Source of the DNA: an uncultured Bacilli bacterium | Lineage (GTDB): Bacteria; Bacillota_I; Bacilli_A; RF39; UBA660 | Direction: 5' to 3' | Length of the DNA stretch: 64,000 nt | NCBI GenBank assembly: GCA_944358415.1 | Contig: CALVRA010000005.1 | Span: 6,778 to 70,777, forward strand | Position numbers and translations under genes: made by a program | Part shown: piece by piece, positions 16,505-26,356 of the stretch | Layout: each line of letters opens with the position of its first letter | Position numbering within the stretch: position 1 is the first letter of the stretch | Notes under the pieces: model-generated | Seen by the model: only the letters and a program-made list of their open reading frames with translations | Database searches by the model: none | What the model was told of the DNA's origin: nothing

Positions 16505-18439
16505 ATGGAAAAACGTAAAAAAGTTATTTTAGCTTTAGCAATTATAGTGATTTTGCTAGCAATTTTATTTAGAATAGTTAGTTTAACTGGTAGAGCAAAT
16601 AATGAGGTGAAGTATGTTTCTAGTTTGATTGAAAAACAAGAAAAGGTTGAGGATAAATTTGAAAGTGATGGTTATACATTTGAAAATCCAAAGGTAATTT
16701 TAAATCCTTATGGTAATTCACCACTTACGGCTTTAGTGATTTTTGAAACTGAAAAAGAAGAAGAGATTAAAGTTACTATAAATGGCAAGGATGAACTTAC
16801 AACATATAGTCATACTTTTGATGAGAGTAAGAGGCATTTTTTACCTATTTATGGTCTTTATGCAGGTGAGGAAAATGAAGTTGTTCTTTCTTTGGGAGAT
16901 AAAGAAAAGAAATTAAAAATTAAAACTGATAAGCTTCCTGATGATTTTATTTTGCCAACTAAAGTTTATAAAGATGAAGATAAGCTTAATAATGATTTAT
17001 ATTTTTTTACACCATCATCTAGTGGTTATATGTGTGCTTATGATGTGAATGGTGATGTGAGATGGTATTTAGATGAAAGGGCTATTTGGGAGATTAATAG
17101 ACTTAAAAATGGTCATTTGCTTGTAAGTACGGAAAGGCTTGTTAATGCACCTTATTATTCGACAGGCTTATATGAGATGGATATGCTTGGTAAGATTTAT
17201 ACAGAATATAGTTTACCTGGGGGATATCATCATGATTATTTTGAGATGGAAAATGGTAATATACTTGTCGCATCTGATGATTTTGATAATGAAGAGGGAA
17301 CAGTCGAAGATTATGTTATAGAACTTGATAGAGATACTGGTAATATTGTTAAGAGTTTTGATTTAAAAGATATTTTGAATATGGAAGATGGTAAGAGTGA
17401 AAATTGGACAAATTATGATTGGTTTCATAATAATTCAGTTTGGTATGATAAGAAAACTAATTCAATTACTTTATCAGGAAGGCATCAAGATATAGTTGTT
17501 AATATAGATTATGATAGTGGTGAGTTAAATTGGATTTTAGGTGATAATACAAACTTTAGTAAAGAGTATCAGAAGTATTTCTTTAAATTAGAAGAAGGTG
17601 AGTGGCAGTGGTCCCAACACGCAGCAATGATACTTCCAAATGGTAATGTATTTTTATTTGATAATGGTAATAATAAGTCAAAAAATAAAAATGAGTACGT
17701 GAAAGCTGAGGACAGCTATTCTAGAGGAGTTATTTATGAAATAGATACTGAAAATATGACGGCTAAAGAGGTATGGGAATATGGGAAAGAAAGAGGTAGT
17801 GAGTTTTATTCTCCTTATATTTCTGATGTAGATTATATAGATGATAATCATTATATTGTACATTCTGGAGGTATTTCTTATAAAAATGGTGTTATTCAAA
17901 ATGTGCCGGCAGGAATAGCTAATTCTGATAAGTTAGTTAGTGATACAGTAGAAATTTTAGATGATGAGGTAATATTTGAAATGATACTTCCAACTAATAA
18001 TTATAGAGTGGAAAAAATGAGTTTATATGATGGAAAATTTATTTTAGGTAAAGCTAAGGAACTTGGAAGTTTAGGCATGACTTTGAAGGATGATGAAAAA
18101 TTTGTCTTTATGGCTGGAGGTAAAGAAATAGATGATGAATATAAGAAACATGATATTGAAATAACTGAGGAAAAGGATAGATTGGCAGTGTCTGGAACAT
18201 TTAAAAAGGGTTCAAGAGTTAAGGTTATTTTATATAAAGATATGATGGAGTATATTTATTTGATGAGAGTTAGTAAAACACCTTATACGGCTTTATGTGT
18301 AGATTTAGGTGATGAGGGAACTGATGAGGATATTAAAGCAGTTAAATATATTAATAAAGAAGGTTTAATTGGCAAGTATAGTATTTTTATTGAGATTGAT
18401 GGAGTTTTATATAAAACTGATGAGTATGTTAAATTTTAA
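16505..18439 (+). CDS. Arylsulfotransferase (ASST) family protein, membrane anchored
   Basis: N-terminal TM helix, then beta-propeller-like ASST features (...GGYHHDYFEMENGN...DWFHNNSVWYD...WSQHAAMILPNGN...). ATG at 16505 follows GGAGG. Confidence 0.7.
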   Translation: MEKRKKVILALAIIVILLAILFRIVSLTGRANNEVKYVSSLIEKQEKVEDKFESDGYTFENPKVILNPYGNSPLTALVIFETEKEEEIKVTINGKDELTTYSHTFDESKRHFLPIYGLYAGEENEVVLSLGDKEKKLKIKTDKLPDDFILPTKVYKDEDKLNNDLYFFTPSSSGYMCAYDVNGDVRWYLDERAIWEINRLKNGHLLVSTERLVNAPYYSTGLYEMDMLGKIYTEYSLPGGYHHDYFEMENGNILVASDDFDNEEGTVEDYVIELDRDTGNIVKSFDLKDILNMEDGKSENWTNYDWFHNNSVWYDKKTNSITLSGRHQDIVVNIDYDSGELNWILGDNTNFSKEYQKYFFKLEEGEWQWSQHAAMILPNGNVFLFDNGNNKSKNKNEYVKAEDSYSRGVIYEIDTENMTAKEVWEYGKERGSEFYSPYISDVDYIDDNHYIVHSGGISYKNGVIQNVPAGIANSDKLVSDTVEILDDEVIFEMILPTNNYRVEKMSLYDGKFILGKAKELGSLGMTLKDDEKFVFMAGGKEIDDEYKKHDIEITEEKDRLAVSGTFKKGSRVKVILYKDMMEYIYLMRVSKTPYTALCVDLGDEGTDEDIKAVKYINKEGLIGKYSIFIEIDGVLYKTDEYVKF

Positions 18440-18505
18440 AGGTTATATGTTAATTTGTCATATTTGACATTTTGATGTATAATCTTTTTCTATGAGGTGA
18501 TTATT

Positions 18506-19462
18506 TTGAAAGCATCTATTATATATAATCCAAATGCGACAGGTATGAGTGCGGATGTTTTGAAAAGTATGCATAATGTTTTAGAAAATCAAGGTTTAGA
18601 GGTTAATGATTTTGAAAGTAGGTATCCTGGCCATGCGATAGAACTTGTTAGAGAAAAAAATTTTCATAGTGATTTGATGGTTACTATGGGTGGTGATGGT
18701 ACTTTAGGGGAGGCTTTTAAAGCTTTAGGTGATGTTAATCAAGAAGCATTACTTACTCATATTTCAACAGGAACAGCGAATGATACGGCGCATAATTTAG
18801 GCCTATTTCCTGGTTCTTTATATTCTTCAGTTAAACTTTATAGTAATTTAAATGAATGTGCGGTAGTTCCTGTGGATATGCTTACGGCTAATGCAATTTC
18901 TTTTTCTTATGTTTCGTGCTGTGGAACATTTACTAATTTGACTTATGAAACACCTAAGAGTTTTAAGAAAACATTTGGAAAGATGGGATATTATATTTTT
19001 TCTTCTATTGTTGGACTTTCTTCTTTACCTGATGTTATTCATAAACCGCTTAAGGTTAGTTATGAAAAAGATGGCAAGATGAATATTACTTCCGCACTTA
19101 CAATGATTGTTTCAAATACAAAAGCTTTTGCTGGTTTTAAGTTATTTCCAAAGGCTTTAATTAGTGATGGAAAATTTGAGGTGACTATTTTAAAAGGATT
19201 ACCTGGGGTTAGAACATTAAAGGCTTTATCACAGTTACTTTATAAAGATGGTGAAAGGTTTAAATTTCAAAATTATAGTAAATATATTGAAAATTTTCAA
19301 ACGGATAATTTTAAAGTTATTTTTGAAAATGGTGCACCAAGGCTTGGTTTTAATCACGATGGTGATCACGCTTTTGTTTCTTTAAATAATGATAATTCTT
19401 TAGAATATAAAATTTCTAAAAAGGTAAAAATGTTATTACCACAAAGGACTATCCAAAAATAG
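18506..19462 (+). CDS. Diacylglycerol/lipid kinase family protein (YegS/DagK-like)
   Basis: ...VTMGGDGTLGEA... catalytic-domain motif. TTG at 18506 is preferred because the GTG at 18497 lies inside the RBS GAGGTGA. Confidence 0.8.
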   Translation: MKASIIYNPNATGMSADVLKSMHNVLENQGLEVNDFESRYPGHAIELVREKNFHSDLMVTMGGDGTLGEAFKALGDVNQEALLTHISTGTANDTAHNLGLFPGSLYSSVKLYSNLNECAVVPVDMLTANAISFSYVSCCGTFTNLTYETPKSFKKTFGKMGYYIFSSIVGLSSLPDVIHKPLKVSYEKDGKMNITSALTMIVSNTKAFAGFKLFPKALISDGKFEVTILKGLPGVRTLKALSQLLYKDGERFKFQNYSKYIENFQTDNFKVIFENGAPRLGFNHDGDHAFVSLNNDNSLEYKISKKVKMLLPQRTIQK

Positions 19463-19519
19463 TTTTTTGTGGTTTCTTTTTATTTTGGTTTTCATATATA
19501 TAGTTAGGAGGCGATAAAA

Positions 19520-20512
19520 ATAGCGTACAAAGGAATAGATGTTTCTAAATATCAGGGTGATATTAATTTTAAGAAAGTTAAGGATGCTGGAGTAGAGTTT
19601 GTTATTATCCGTATTGGATATGGTCAGTATGAGAGTCAAAAAGATGAAAAGTTTGAACGCAATTATGAAGGCTTTAGAGATGTTAATATTCCAGTAGGAG
19701 TTTATTTATATTCTTATGCGAAGAGTGTGAATGATGCAAGAAAAGAAGCTGAAGTTACTTTAAAATGGCTTAATGGTAGAGAGCTTAATTTACCAGTTTA
19801 TTATGATATAGAGGATAAAAGTCAGATTAATTTGGGTAAAAATACTTTAACTAGTATGTGTGAGGCTTTTTGTGATGAGATTGAAAAAGGTGGTTACTGG
19901 GCAGGAGTTTATACGAATAAGTATTTCTTTACAACTTATTTAGATTATGTAAAATTACAGGATAAGTATACAATTTGGGTAGCTCAATATAATGATACTA
20001 ATACTTATAGAGGTAAGTATGATATGTGGCAATATACTTCATCTGGTAAGGTTAATGGTATTTCAGGTAATGTTGATATGGATATTCTTTATAGAGATAT
20101 ATTTGATAATCGTGGGAATGAAGGTAATACAGAAGATAGATTAGATTTACCTGATTTAAGTGGTTATAGGGGAACTTCAATTGTTGATGCGCTTAAGTCG
20201 GTGGGCTATGACAGTTCGTTTGACTCTAGGAGAGAGTTATATAAAGAGGCTGGATTTACAGATACTTATGAGGGAACAGCTTTACAAAATGAAAATTTAC
20301 TTAGAGCTTTACAAGGTAAGGATGATTATTATAAAACAGATTATAAGGGACTTTCTTTTGTCGATGGTTTAAAGTCTATTGGAGTAGATTCTAGTTTTGT
20401 AAATAGGAAAAGGATTGCGAAAGCAAATGGAATTTCTAATTATACTGGAACGGCTTTACAAAATATTAAGTTACTTAACATGCTTAAAAAAGGTACTTTG
20501 AGAAAGATTTAA
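19520..20512 (+). CDS. GH25 muramidase (lysozyme) with two C-terminal ~48-aa repeats; no canonical start codon
   Basis: The frame is open from 19508 and encodes (I)AYKGIDVSKYQGDINFKKVKDAGVEFVIIRIGYG..., the GH25 N-terminal catalytic motif. The first ATG/GTG/TTG in frame is at 19727. ATA at 19520 lies 8 nt after AGGAGG. Confidence 0.6.
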   Translation: MAYKGIDVSKYQGDINFKKVKDAGVEFVIIRIGYGQYESQKDEKFERNYEGFRDVNIPVGVYLYSYAKSVNDARKEAEVTLKWLNGRELNLPVYYDIEDKSQINLGKNTLTSMCEAFCDEIEKGGYWAGVYTNKYFFTTYLDYVKLQDKYTIWVAQYNDTNTYRGKYDMWQYTSSGKVNGISGNVDMDILYRDIFDNRGNEGNTEDRLDLPDLSGYRGTSIVDALKSVGYDSSFDSRRELYKEAGFTDTYEGTALQNENLLRALQGKDDYYKTDYKGLSFVDGLKSIGVDSSFVNRKRIAKANGISNYTGTALQNIKLLNMLKKGTLRKI

Positions 20513-20601
20513 AAGAGGTTTTTAATCTCTTTTTCTGATTGAAAAAAAGTCTTTTTTTAGATATAATTAGTTTATAATAGAGAAGTGTGATAGGTGTTTT
20601 T

Positions 20602-22152
20602 ATGGGAAAGAAAAATTATAATTTAAATAAGAAAGTCTATAAGAAAAAATATAAAGAACTTTTTGATGATTCTTATGATGAAAAAGTAGTTCATAAGAAA
20701 AAGAATCAAGATAAATCAAAAAAGTCTATAAGAAATAGTGGAGAGATTGAAAATTTAGAAAAACCGAGACATGAGAAAAAAGATTTAAAGAAAAATATTT
20801 ATGAAGATAGTTTAGATAAGAAAAAACGTAAGATTTTTAAAGTTTTAATAATTATAGTATTAATTTTAATTTTGTTTGTGTTTGGTTATTTAGGTTATAG
20901 GATGTATGTACGCAGTGAAATATTAAAAAAAATTAACGATAATATTAATATAGAATATGGTGAAGAGGTTACTGAAAAATATATTTTAAAAGATGATTTT
21001 GAAAAAGTTTCTTTTTCTCCTAAATTAAGTAGTTTGAAAAAAGTTGGTAAGCATAAGGTTAGTTTAGTTATTAATGGTTATGAATTTGTGGTGTTTGTTA
21101 ATATTAAAGATACAACTGCGCCTGAGCTTGAGGTACAAGATGTTCAAAAATATTTAGATGAAGAACTTCCTAAAGCTGATGATTTTGTGGTTAAAGTATC
21201 AGATTTATCTAAAGTTAATTTGAAGATAAGTGATATTGTGTCAAAGGCTGGTGATCAGGAAGTTGAAGTTACAGCCATAGATGAGTATGGTAATAAAACG
21301 GTTAAGAAAGCAAAGTTAACTATTACCGATTACAAAGGATCAGTTAAGATAAATGGACTTACTAATTTAACGGTTTATGTGAATAGCAAGCCTGATTTAA
21401 GAAAAAATGTTTCGGCAACTGATGATAGATTTGGAACACTTGATTTTAGTGTGGATGACTCTAAGGTTAATTATGGTAAGGTAGGAAGTTATAAAATTTA
21501 TTATACGGTTAAAGATAAATTAGGTAATGTGACTGTGAAAGAAAGAAATATTACAGTTAAGGAAAGAACAGTTATGATTAATGGTTTTCCAACTTATAGT
21601 CAGTTTCCGAATTATCCAAATGGCTGTGAGACGGTAGCTTTATATTTAATGCTGAAGTATTATGGGGTTAATATTTCTCCAGAGGTTTTGGTTAATAATT
21701 TAAAGAAAGGTGATGGGGTTCACTGGGAAGGTGGAGTTAGATATGGCGGCGACCCAGAAATTGAATTTGTTGGTGATCCTAGGGATCAACATGGTTATGG
21801 TGTTTATCAAAAACCAATTATTAATTTAGCAAGTAAATATAAATCTGGTATGGTAGATTATACTGGTCATTCATTAAATGATGTTTTAGAAATTGTTAGA
21901 AGCGGGAAGCCAGTTCAAGTTTGGGTTTCAATTAATTTAAAAAATACTTCGGTATGTGCGGACTGGATACATAAATCAAGTGGGAGAAAAATAAACTGGA
22001 TTTGTAATCTGCACAGTGTTGTGATTGTGGGATTTAATGATAATTATATTTATGTGTCTGATCCTTATGTTGGCAAGATTAAAAGTTATAATAGGACTCA
22101 ATTTCAAAAAATATATAATTTGTTTGGAAAAAGAGCAATTTATTTTAAATAA
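20602..22152 (+). CDS. Membrane-anchored protein with Ig-like repeats and a C-terminal C39-like (YvpB-type) cysteine peptidase domain
   Basis: Lysine-rich N-terminus, one TM helix, repeated ...DTTAPEL.../...VTAIDEYGNKT... Ig-like units, then ...YSQFPNYPNGCETVALYLMLKYYG... Confidence 0.65.
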   Translation: MGKKNYNLNKKVYKKKYKELFDDSYDEKVVHKKKNQDKSKKSIRNSGEIENLEKPRHEKKDLKKNIYEDSLDKKKRKIFKVLIIIVLILILFVFGYLGYRMYVRSEILKKINDNINIEYGEEVTEKYILKDDFEKVSFSPKLSSLKKVGKHKVSLVINGYEFVVFVNIKDTTAPELEVQDVQKYLDEELPKADDFVVKVSDLSKVNLKISDIVSKAGDQEVEVTAIDEYGNKTVKKAKLTITDYKGSVKINGLTNLTVYVNSKPDLRKNVSATDDRFGTLDFSVDDSKVNYGKVGSYKIYYTVKDKLGNVTVKERNITVKERTVMINGFPTYSQFPNYPNGCETVALYLMLKYYGVNISPEVLVNNLKKGDGVHWEGGVRYGGDPEIEFVGDPRDQHGYGVYQKPIINLASKYKSGMVDYTGHSLNDVLEIVRSGKPVQVWVSINLKNTSVCADWIHKSSGRKINWICNLHSVVIVGFNDNYIYVSDPYVGKIKSYNRTQFQKIYNLFGKRAIYFK

Positions 22153-22320
22153 AAAGCTAATTACTTTGTGGTAAATAGCTTTTTTAATATTTATTTTCCC
22201 ATATTTTTTCACAATTATCTCAAAATATTTACATAAAATTTTGTTATGATTATTACAGAGTTAAGAAAAAAACTCGAAAGGTTGTGATAGATGATTAGGT
22301 AAATTTTTTCTAAACTATAC

Positions 22321-22558
22321 TCACTTGCAGTCTTTATGGCTGTTTTTTCTTTTGTATGGCTTTTTTTCATTGGTAATATTTAATATATAATCTATACTTG
22401 TGTTATAGAAATAGGCAAGTTTAATTAAGATATTTATTGGTATGTTATTATCACCTGTTTCATAGTGGGAATATCCTCTTTGACTAATGCCTATTTTTTT
22501 TGGCAATATCTATTTGTTTTAAATCATTATCTTCTCTTGAGTCTTTTAATCTATTCAT
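22321..22558 (-). pseudogene. XRE-family HTH regulator disrupted by a +1 frameshift in an A8 run
   Basis: ATG at 22558 after GGAGGC gives MNRLKDSREDNDLKQIDIAKK, then an early stop. With A7 instead of A8 (22494-22501) it continues IGISQRGYSHYETGDNNIPINILIKLA... (78 aa, a complete HTH). Confidence 0.75.
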
Positions 22559-22674
22559 TTTATAGCCTCCAAAGTCATTGTACAGTAGACGAAATAAGTC
22601 TATCGACTTTTAGCCTAAATTAATCTATACTTTTATGTAGTGAATAAAATACTATGTTAGAGAGGTATAAGAGT

Positions 22675-23586
22675 ATGAAAAGTGTTTTAAAAAGTAAAGT
22701 ATTTATTTTGGTAGTGTTTATTTTTGTTTTTGGTGTGATAAGTGTATCTGCGGTTACTTATTTTCCTAGTAATGATGTTACATACAACAATGAAACAAGT
22801 GGTTTAAAGAGTACGGATGTTCAAGGAGCAATTGACGAGCTTTATGGTGTGTGTACAGCTGAACCACCGGCAGGAGGAAATGGAATGCTAGAAAAAGTCC
22901 CAATAGTAACATCAGGTGATGGTTTATATAAAGATGAGTATGAAGATGGCAGATATTTTTATAAAGGAGTAAATCCAAATAATTTTTAAGTTTTTAATGT
23001 ACAAAAATGGAGAATAATTTCTATCGAAAATGATGGAAGTATAAAAATAATAAATACAAATGCTTATGATGCATATTCTAATGAGACAAATAGCTGGGCA
23101 GGTAGTACTTTAAATACCTATCTTTTAAAAAATGATTTAGATACTATTAATTCGAATACAATAAATGCAAAAAGAATAATAACTCATGATTGGTCGGTTG
23201 GTGGGGTATCAGAAAACACAAGTGATATGCAAACTTTAATAAATGCTGAAAATTCACAAAAATGGTCAGGAAAAATAGCGACAATCACCATTTCAGAATT
23301 TTTGCGTACTAATTCTAATAAGAGTTCTTGTAATTCTATGACTTCATATTATAATACGTGTAATAAAACAACATGGTTATATAATAATGAAGGAATGTGG
23401 ACAATCAATAGTAATATTGATAATAAGGGGTTATATGGTATTTATAGAGATAATATAAGTTCATATAATTCGAGCTATAGTGACGCATATAGTTCAACTC
23501 CATTATATCAAGTTGTTTATCTTTCTGCTGATACTCAGATATATGGTGGTAGTGGGACTTCAAAAGTTCCATATCAAATAAGTTAA
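22675..23586 (+). pseudogene. Membrane-anchored or secreted protein interrupted by one in-frame TAA
   Basis: ORFs 22654-22989 and 23227-23586 are in the same frame. Every codon between them is sense except TAA at 22987-22989 (...GVNPNNF*VFNVQKWRIISIENDG...). Confidence 0.7.
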
Positions 23587-23635
23587 AAATCAATGTAAAA
23601 GTAAAAATGTTGAGATTGATTAGTTTCAACATTTT

Positions 23636-24064
23636 TTAATTTAATAAATATACTCCGAATGAAAGATAAGCGGCAAATAAAAGCCATAATAAATAAGGAA
23701 TGTTTAAAAGGCCAGATATTTTGTTTTCTTTATAGAATTTGGTAATCATTATAATGACTAATATTATTAATAGAATAATCCATAGAAATGAGAATAAATA
23801 CCATTTAAATACAAAGAAGAAAATAGACCATAAACCATTTACGATTAATTGTAGGTAGTAGATGGTTTTATTTTGTTCATCTTGTTTATAAAAGGAGTAT
23901 CCCATAATGATATATAAAATAGTCCAAACAATTGGGAAGATTATACCTGGTGGGGATAGTGGTGGTTTATTTAAATTTTGATAATTCATAAATGGGGATA
24001 TAATTAAACCTATTATGCTACCCATAATTACAGATATTAAAATATTTTTTATTAAATTTTTCAT
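23636..24064 (-). CDS. tspO: TspO/MBR-family tryptophan-rich sensory membrane protein
   Basis: ...KPPLSPPGIIFPIVWTILYIIMGYS...NGLWSIFFF... ATG at 24064 (MKNLIKN) chosen over the longer ORF. Confidence 0.8.
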   Translation of the reverse strand: MKNLIKNILISVIMGSIIGLIISPFMNYQNLNKPPLSPPGIIFPIVWTILYIIMGYSFYKQDEQNKTIYYLQLIVNGLWSIFFFVFKWYLFSFLWIILLIILVIIMITKFYKENKISGLLNIPYLLWLLFAAYLSFGVYLLN

Positions 24065-24147
24065 TTTATCACCAGTACTATTATATGAAAAATAAATGAA
24101 AATATAATTTGATTTGTGGTAAAATAGTATTAGAAAAGAGGAATACA

Positions 24148-24645
24148 ATGTTAGATATTGAAAATGTGAATGGAATTATAATCGCACCTGATGGCAGCTT
24201 TTGCAAGTTTGGGGTTTATAGTGATGCACCATTAGAGGAACTTACTGATATTAATTTTCATGATAGTTCTTTTAGAATGGAAGTTTCTAATACTAAATGG
24301 TTTAAAAAGCTTAAAAGAAAATTAAATATTATTTATAATGATGACAATATTCATAAACAAGGTATTAGTTGGGCGGCTGATGGAGTGGAGTTATTAATTC
24401 ATGGTGGCGATGGAGCTGGAGAGTTTTATGGAGTAATTGTTCCACTTCATTTATCTAATCCGCAAAAAATGCTATTTGAAAATAATTATAATTTTTTGAA
24501 AAATCAGATTATTAAAAATGATGTTTATTTTGAAGCTGTAGTTATTGATGATGAGGGTAATTATGCGGATGAGGGTCTACTTTTTGGTTTGGATAATTTT
24601 TATGATAGAATGGGATTACAAATTAGTAACAAGCGTATTCGTTAG
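24148..24645 (+). CDS. Hypothetical cytoplasmic protein
   Basis: ATG at 24148 follows RBS AAGAGGAA. No recognisable motif. Ends 11 nt before the response regulator gene. Confidence 0.6.
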   Translation: MLDIENVNGIIIAPDGSFCKFGVYSDAPLEELTDINFHDSSFRMEVSNTKWFKKLKRKLNIIYNDDNIHKQGISWAADGVELLIHGGDGAGEFYGVIVPLHLSNPQKMLFENNYNFLKNQIIKNDVYFEAVVIDDEGNYADEGLLFGLDNFYDRMGLQISNKRIR

Positions 24646-24656
24646 AAGGTGTAAAT

Positions 24657-25322
24657 ATGCAGAAAATTTTGATTGTTGAAGATGAAGTTAAGATTAGAGA
24701 AGAACTTTCTTATTTTTTGAAAAACAATGGGTATGAGGTTTTGGTTATAGATAATTTTGAAAATACTTTAGATGATATTTTAAAATTAGATACAAATTTA
24801 ATTTTGATGGATATTAATATACCTTTTATTAATGGAATGCATTTATGTAAGGAAGTTAGAAAAGAAAAAAATGTGCCGATTATTATTGTGACAAGTAGAA
24901 ATAGTGAGATGGATGAGCTTATATGTATGAACTATGGGGCAGATGATTTTATTGTTAAACCTTATAATCTTCAAATATTACTAGCTCATATAGAGGCAGT
25001 TTTAAAAAGAAGTAAGCCAGATATTAGTCATATTTTAGAATATGAGAAAATGAAAGTTAATTTATCTAAAGGAATAATAGAATATAATGATAAGTCAATT
25101 TTACTTACAAAAAATGAACTTTCTATTTTAGCTTATTTACTTGAAAATAGAGGTAAGGTTGTAAGTAGAGAAGATTTAATGAGTTATTTATGGGATGGTT
25201 TTATGTTTGTTGATGATAATACTTTAACGGTTAATATTACGAGATTAAGAAAGAAATTAGCAGAACTGGGATTTGATAATGTTATTCAAACTAGGAGAGG
25301 CTGGGGTTATATAATATTATGA
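24657..25322 (+). CDS. OmpR-family response regulator (BceR-like)
   Basis: Receiver domain (ILIVEDE...DINIP...) plus a winged-helix C-terminus (...TLTVNITRLRKKL...RRGWGY). Confidence 0.9.
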   Translation: MQKILIVEDEVKIREELSYFLKNNGYEVLVIDNFENTLDDILKLDTNLILMDINIPFINGMHLCKEVRKEKNVPIIIVTSRNSEMDELICMNYGADDFIVKPYNLQILLAHIEAVLKRSKPDISHILEYEKMKVNLSKGIIEYNDKSILLTKNELSILAYLLENRGKVVSREDLMSYLWDGFMFVDDNTLTVNITRLRKKLAELGFDNVIQTRRGWGYIIL

Positions 25323-26356
25323 GATTTATGGACTATTTAAAGGACCGTTTGATTTTAGTTTTAGGATATATTTTAGTACTTATTTTAGTTTTTGTAGTGC
25401 TTTTTGTTTTTAATGTTTATTATACAGGCATTGTGATGATTATGTTTTTACTTATTGGTTTAGGTTTATTTATGTTTTTTTATAGATTTTTTCAAAAGAA
25501 AAATTTTTATAATAAGATTTATAATATTTTAAATAAAATAGATAATAAGGCTTTAATTCATGAAATGATTAATGAAACTTCATTTTTAGATGGAAATATA
25601 GTTTTAGATATTTTAAGAATAACGGATAAGTATAAGTTAGATGAAATAAATAAGTATAAGTATATGCAGGAAGAGTTTGAGGAGTTTATGGAGATGTGGG
25701 TTCATGAGATTAAATCTCCACTGGCGGCTATTAATTTAATTTGTGATAATAATAAAAGTGCTTTGATGAAAAGTATTAATGAGGAAACTTTAAAGATTGA
25801 TTATTTTATAGAAATGATTTTATTTTATGCAAGAAGTCAAATGCCAGAAAAAGATTACTTGGTTAAGAAAAATAATTTAAAGGATATTGTTAATAAGGTG
25901 ATTATTCGTAATAAAAATAGTTTTATTTTAAAAAAAATTATTTTAGATATACATGATTTAGATGTGACTGTGAGGACGGATAGTAAATGGATGGAATTTA
26001 TTATTAATCAAATTATTGTTAATAGTATAAAGTATGAATCTTTAAAGATTGAGATATTTTCTATAAAGGATAAGGAAAATATAAGTTTGATAATTAAAGA
26101 TAATGGAATTGGAATTAGTTGTAAAGATTTACCTAGAGTGTTTGACAAAGGTTATACTGGAAGTAATGGAAGGGGCAGGTATAATTCAACTGGGATGGGT
26201 CTTTATTTAGTTAAAAGACTTTGCATGGCTTTAGGGAATGATGTTATAATTAATAGTGAAGAGGGCGAAGGAACAGAAGTTAAGTTAGTGTTTCCAGTAG
26301 GCTCTTTTACAAATGAAGTTATAGGAGGAGAAAATGGGATTAAAAGTAAAAAGTAA
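25319..26356 (+). CDS. Sensor histidine kinase, BceS-like intramembrane-sensing type
   Basis: Two adjacent TM helices with a minimal loop, H-box HEIKSPL, and N/G boxes (...NSIKYE...DNGIGI...GMGLYLV...). Confidence 0.9.
   Translation: MRFMDYLKDRLILVLGYILVLILVFVVLFVFNVYYTGIVMIMFLLIGLGLFMFFYRFFQKKNFYNKIYNILNKIDNKALIHEMINETSFLDGNIVLDILRITDKYKLDEINKYKYMQEEFEEFMEMWVHEIKSPLAAINLICDNNKSALMKSINEETLKIDYFIEMILFYARSQMPEKDYLVKKNNLKDIVNKVIIRNKNSFILKKIILDIHDLDVTVRTDSKWMEFIINQIIVNSIKYESLKIEIFSIKDKENISLIIKDNGIGISCKDLPRVFDKGYTGSNGRGRYNSTGMGLYLVKRLCMALGNDVIINSEEGEGTEVKLVFPVGSFTNEVIGGENGIKSKK

Noticed and set aside
22987-22989. Possibility that TAA is a reassigned sense codon in this organism
   Set aside because: TAA terminates most well-defined genes in the window (rbr, gatC, gatA, gatB, aspS, ftsZ and others), so a nonsense mutation is far more likely than recoding.
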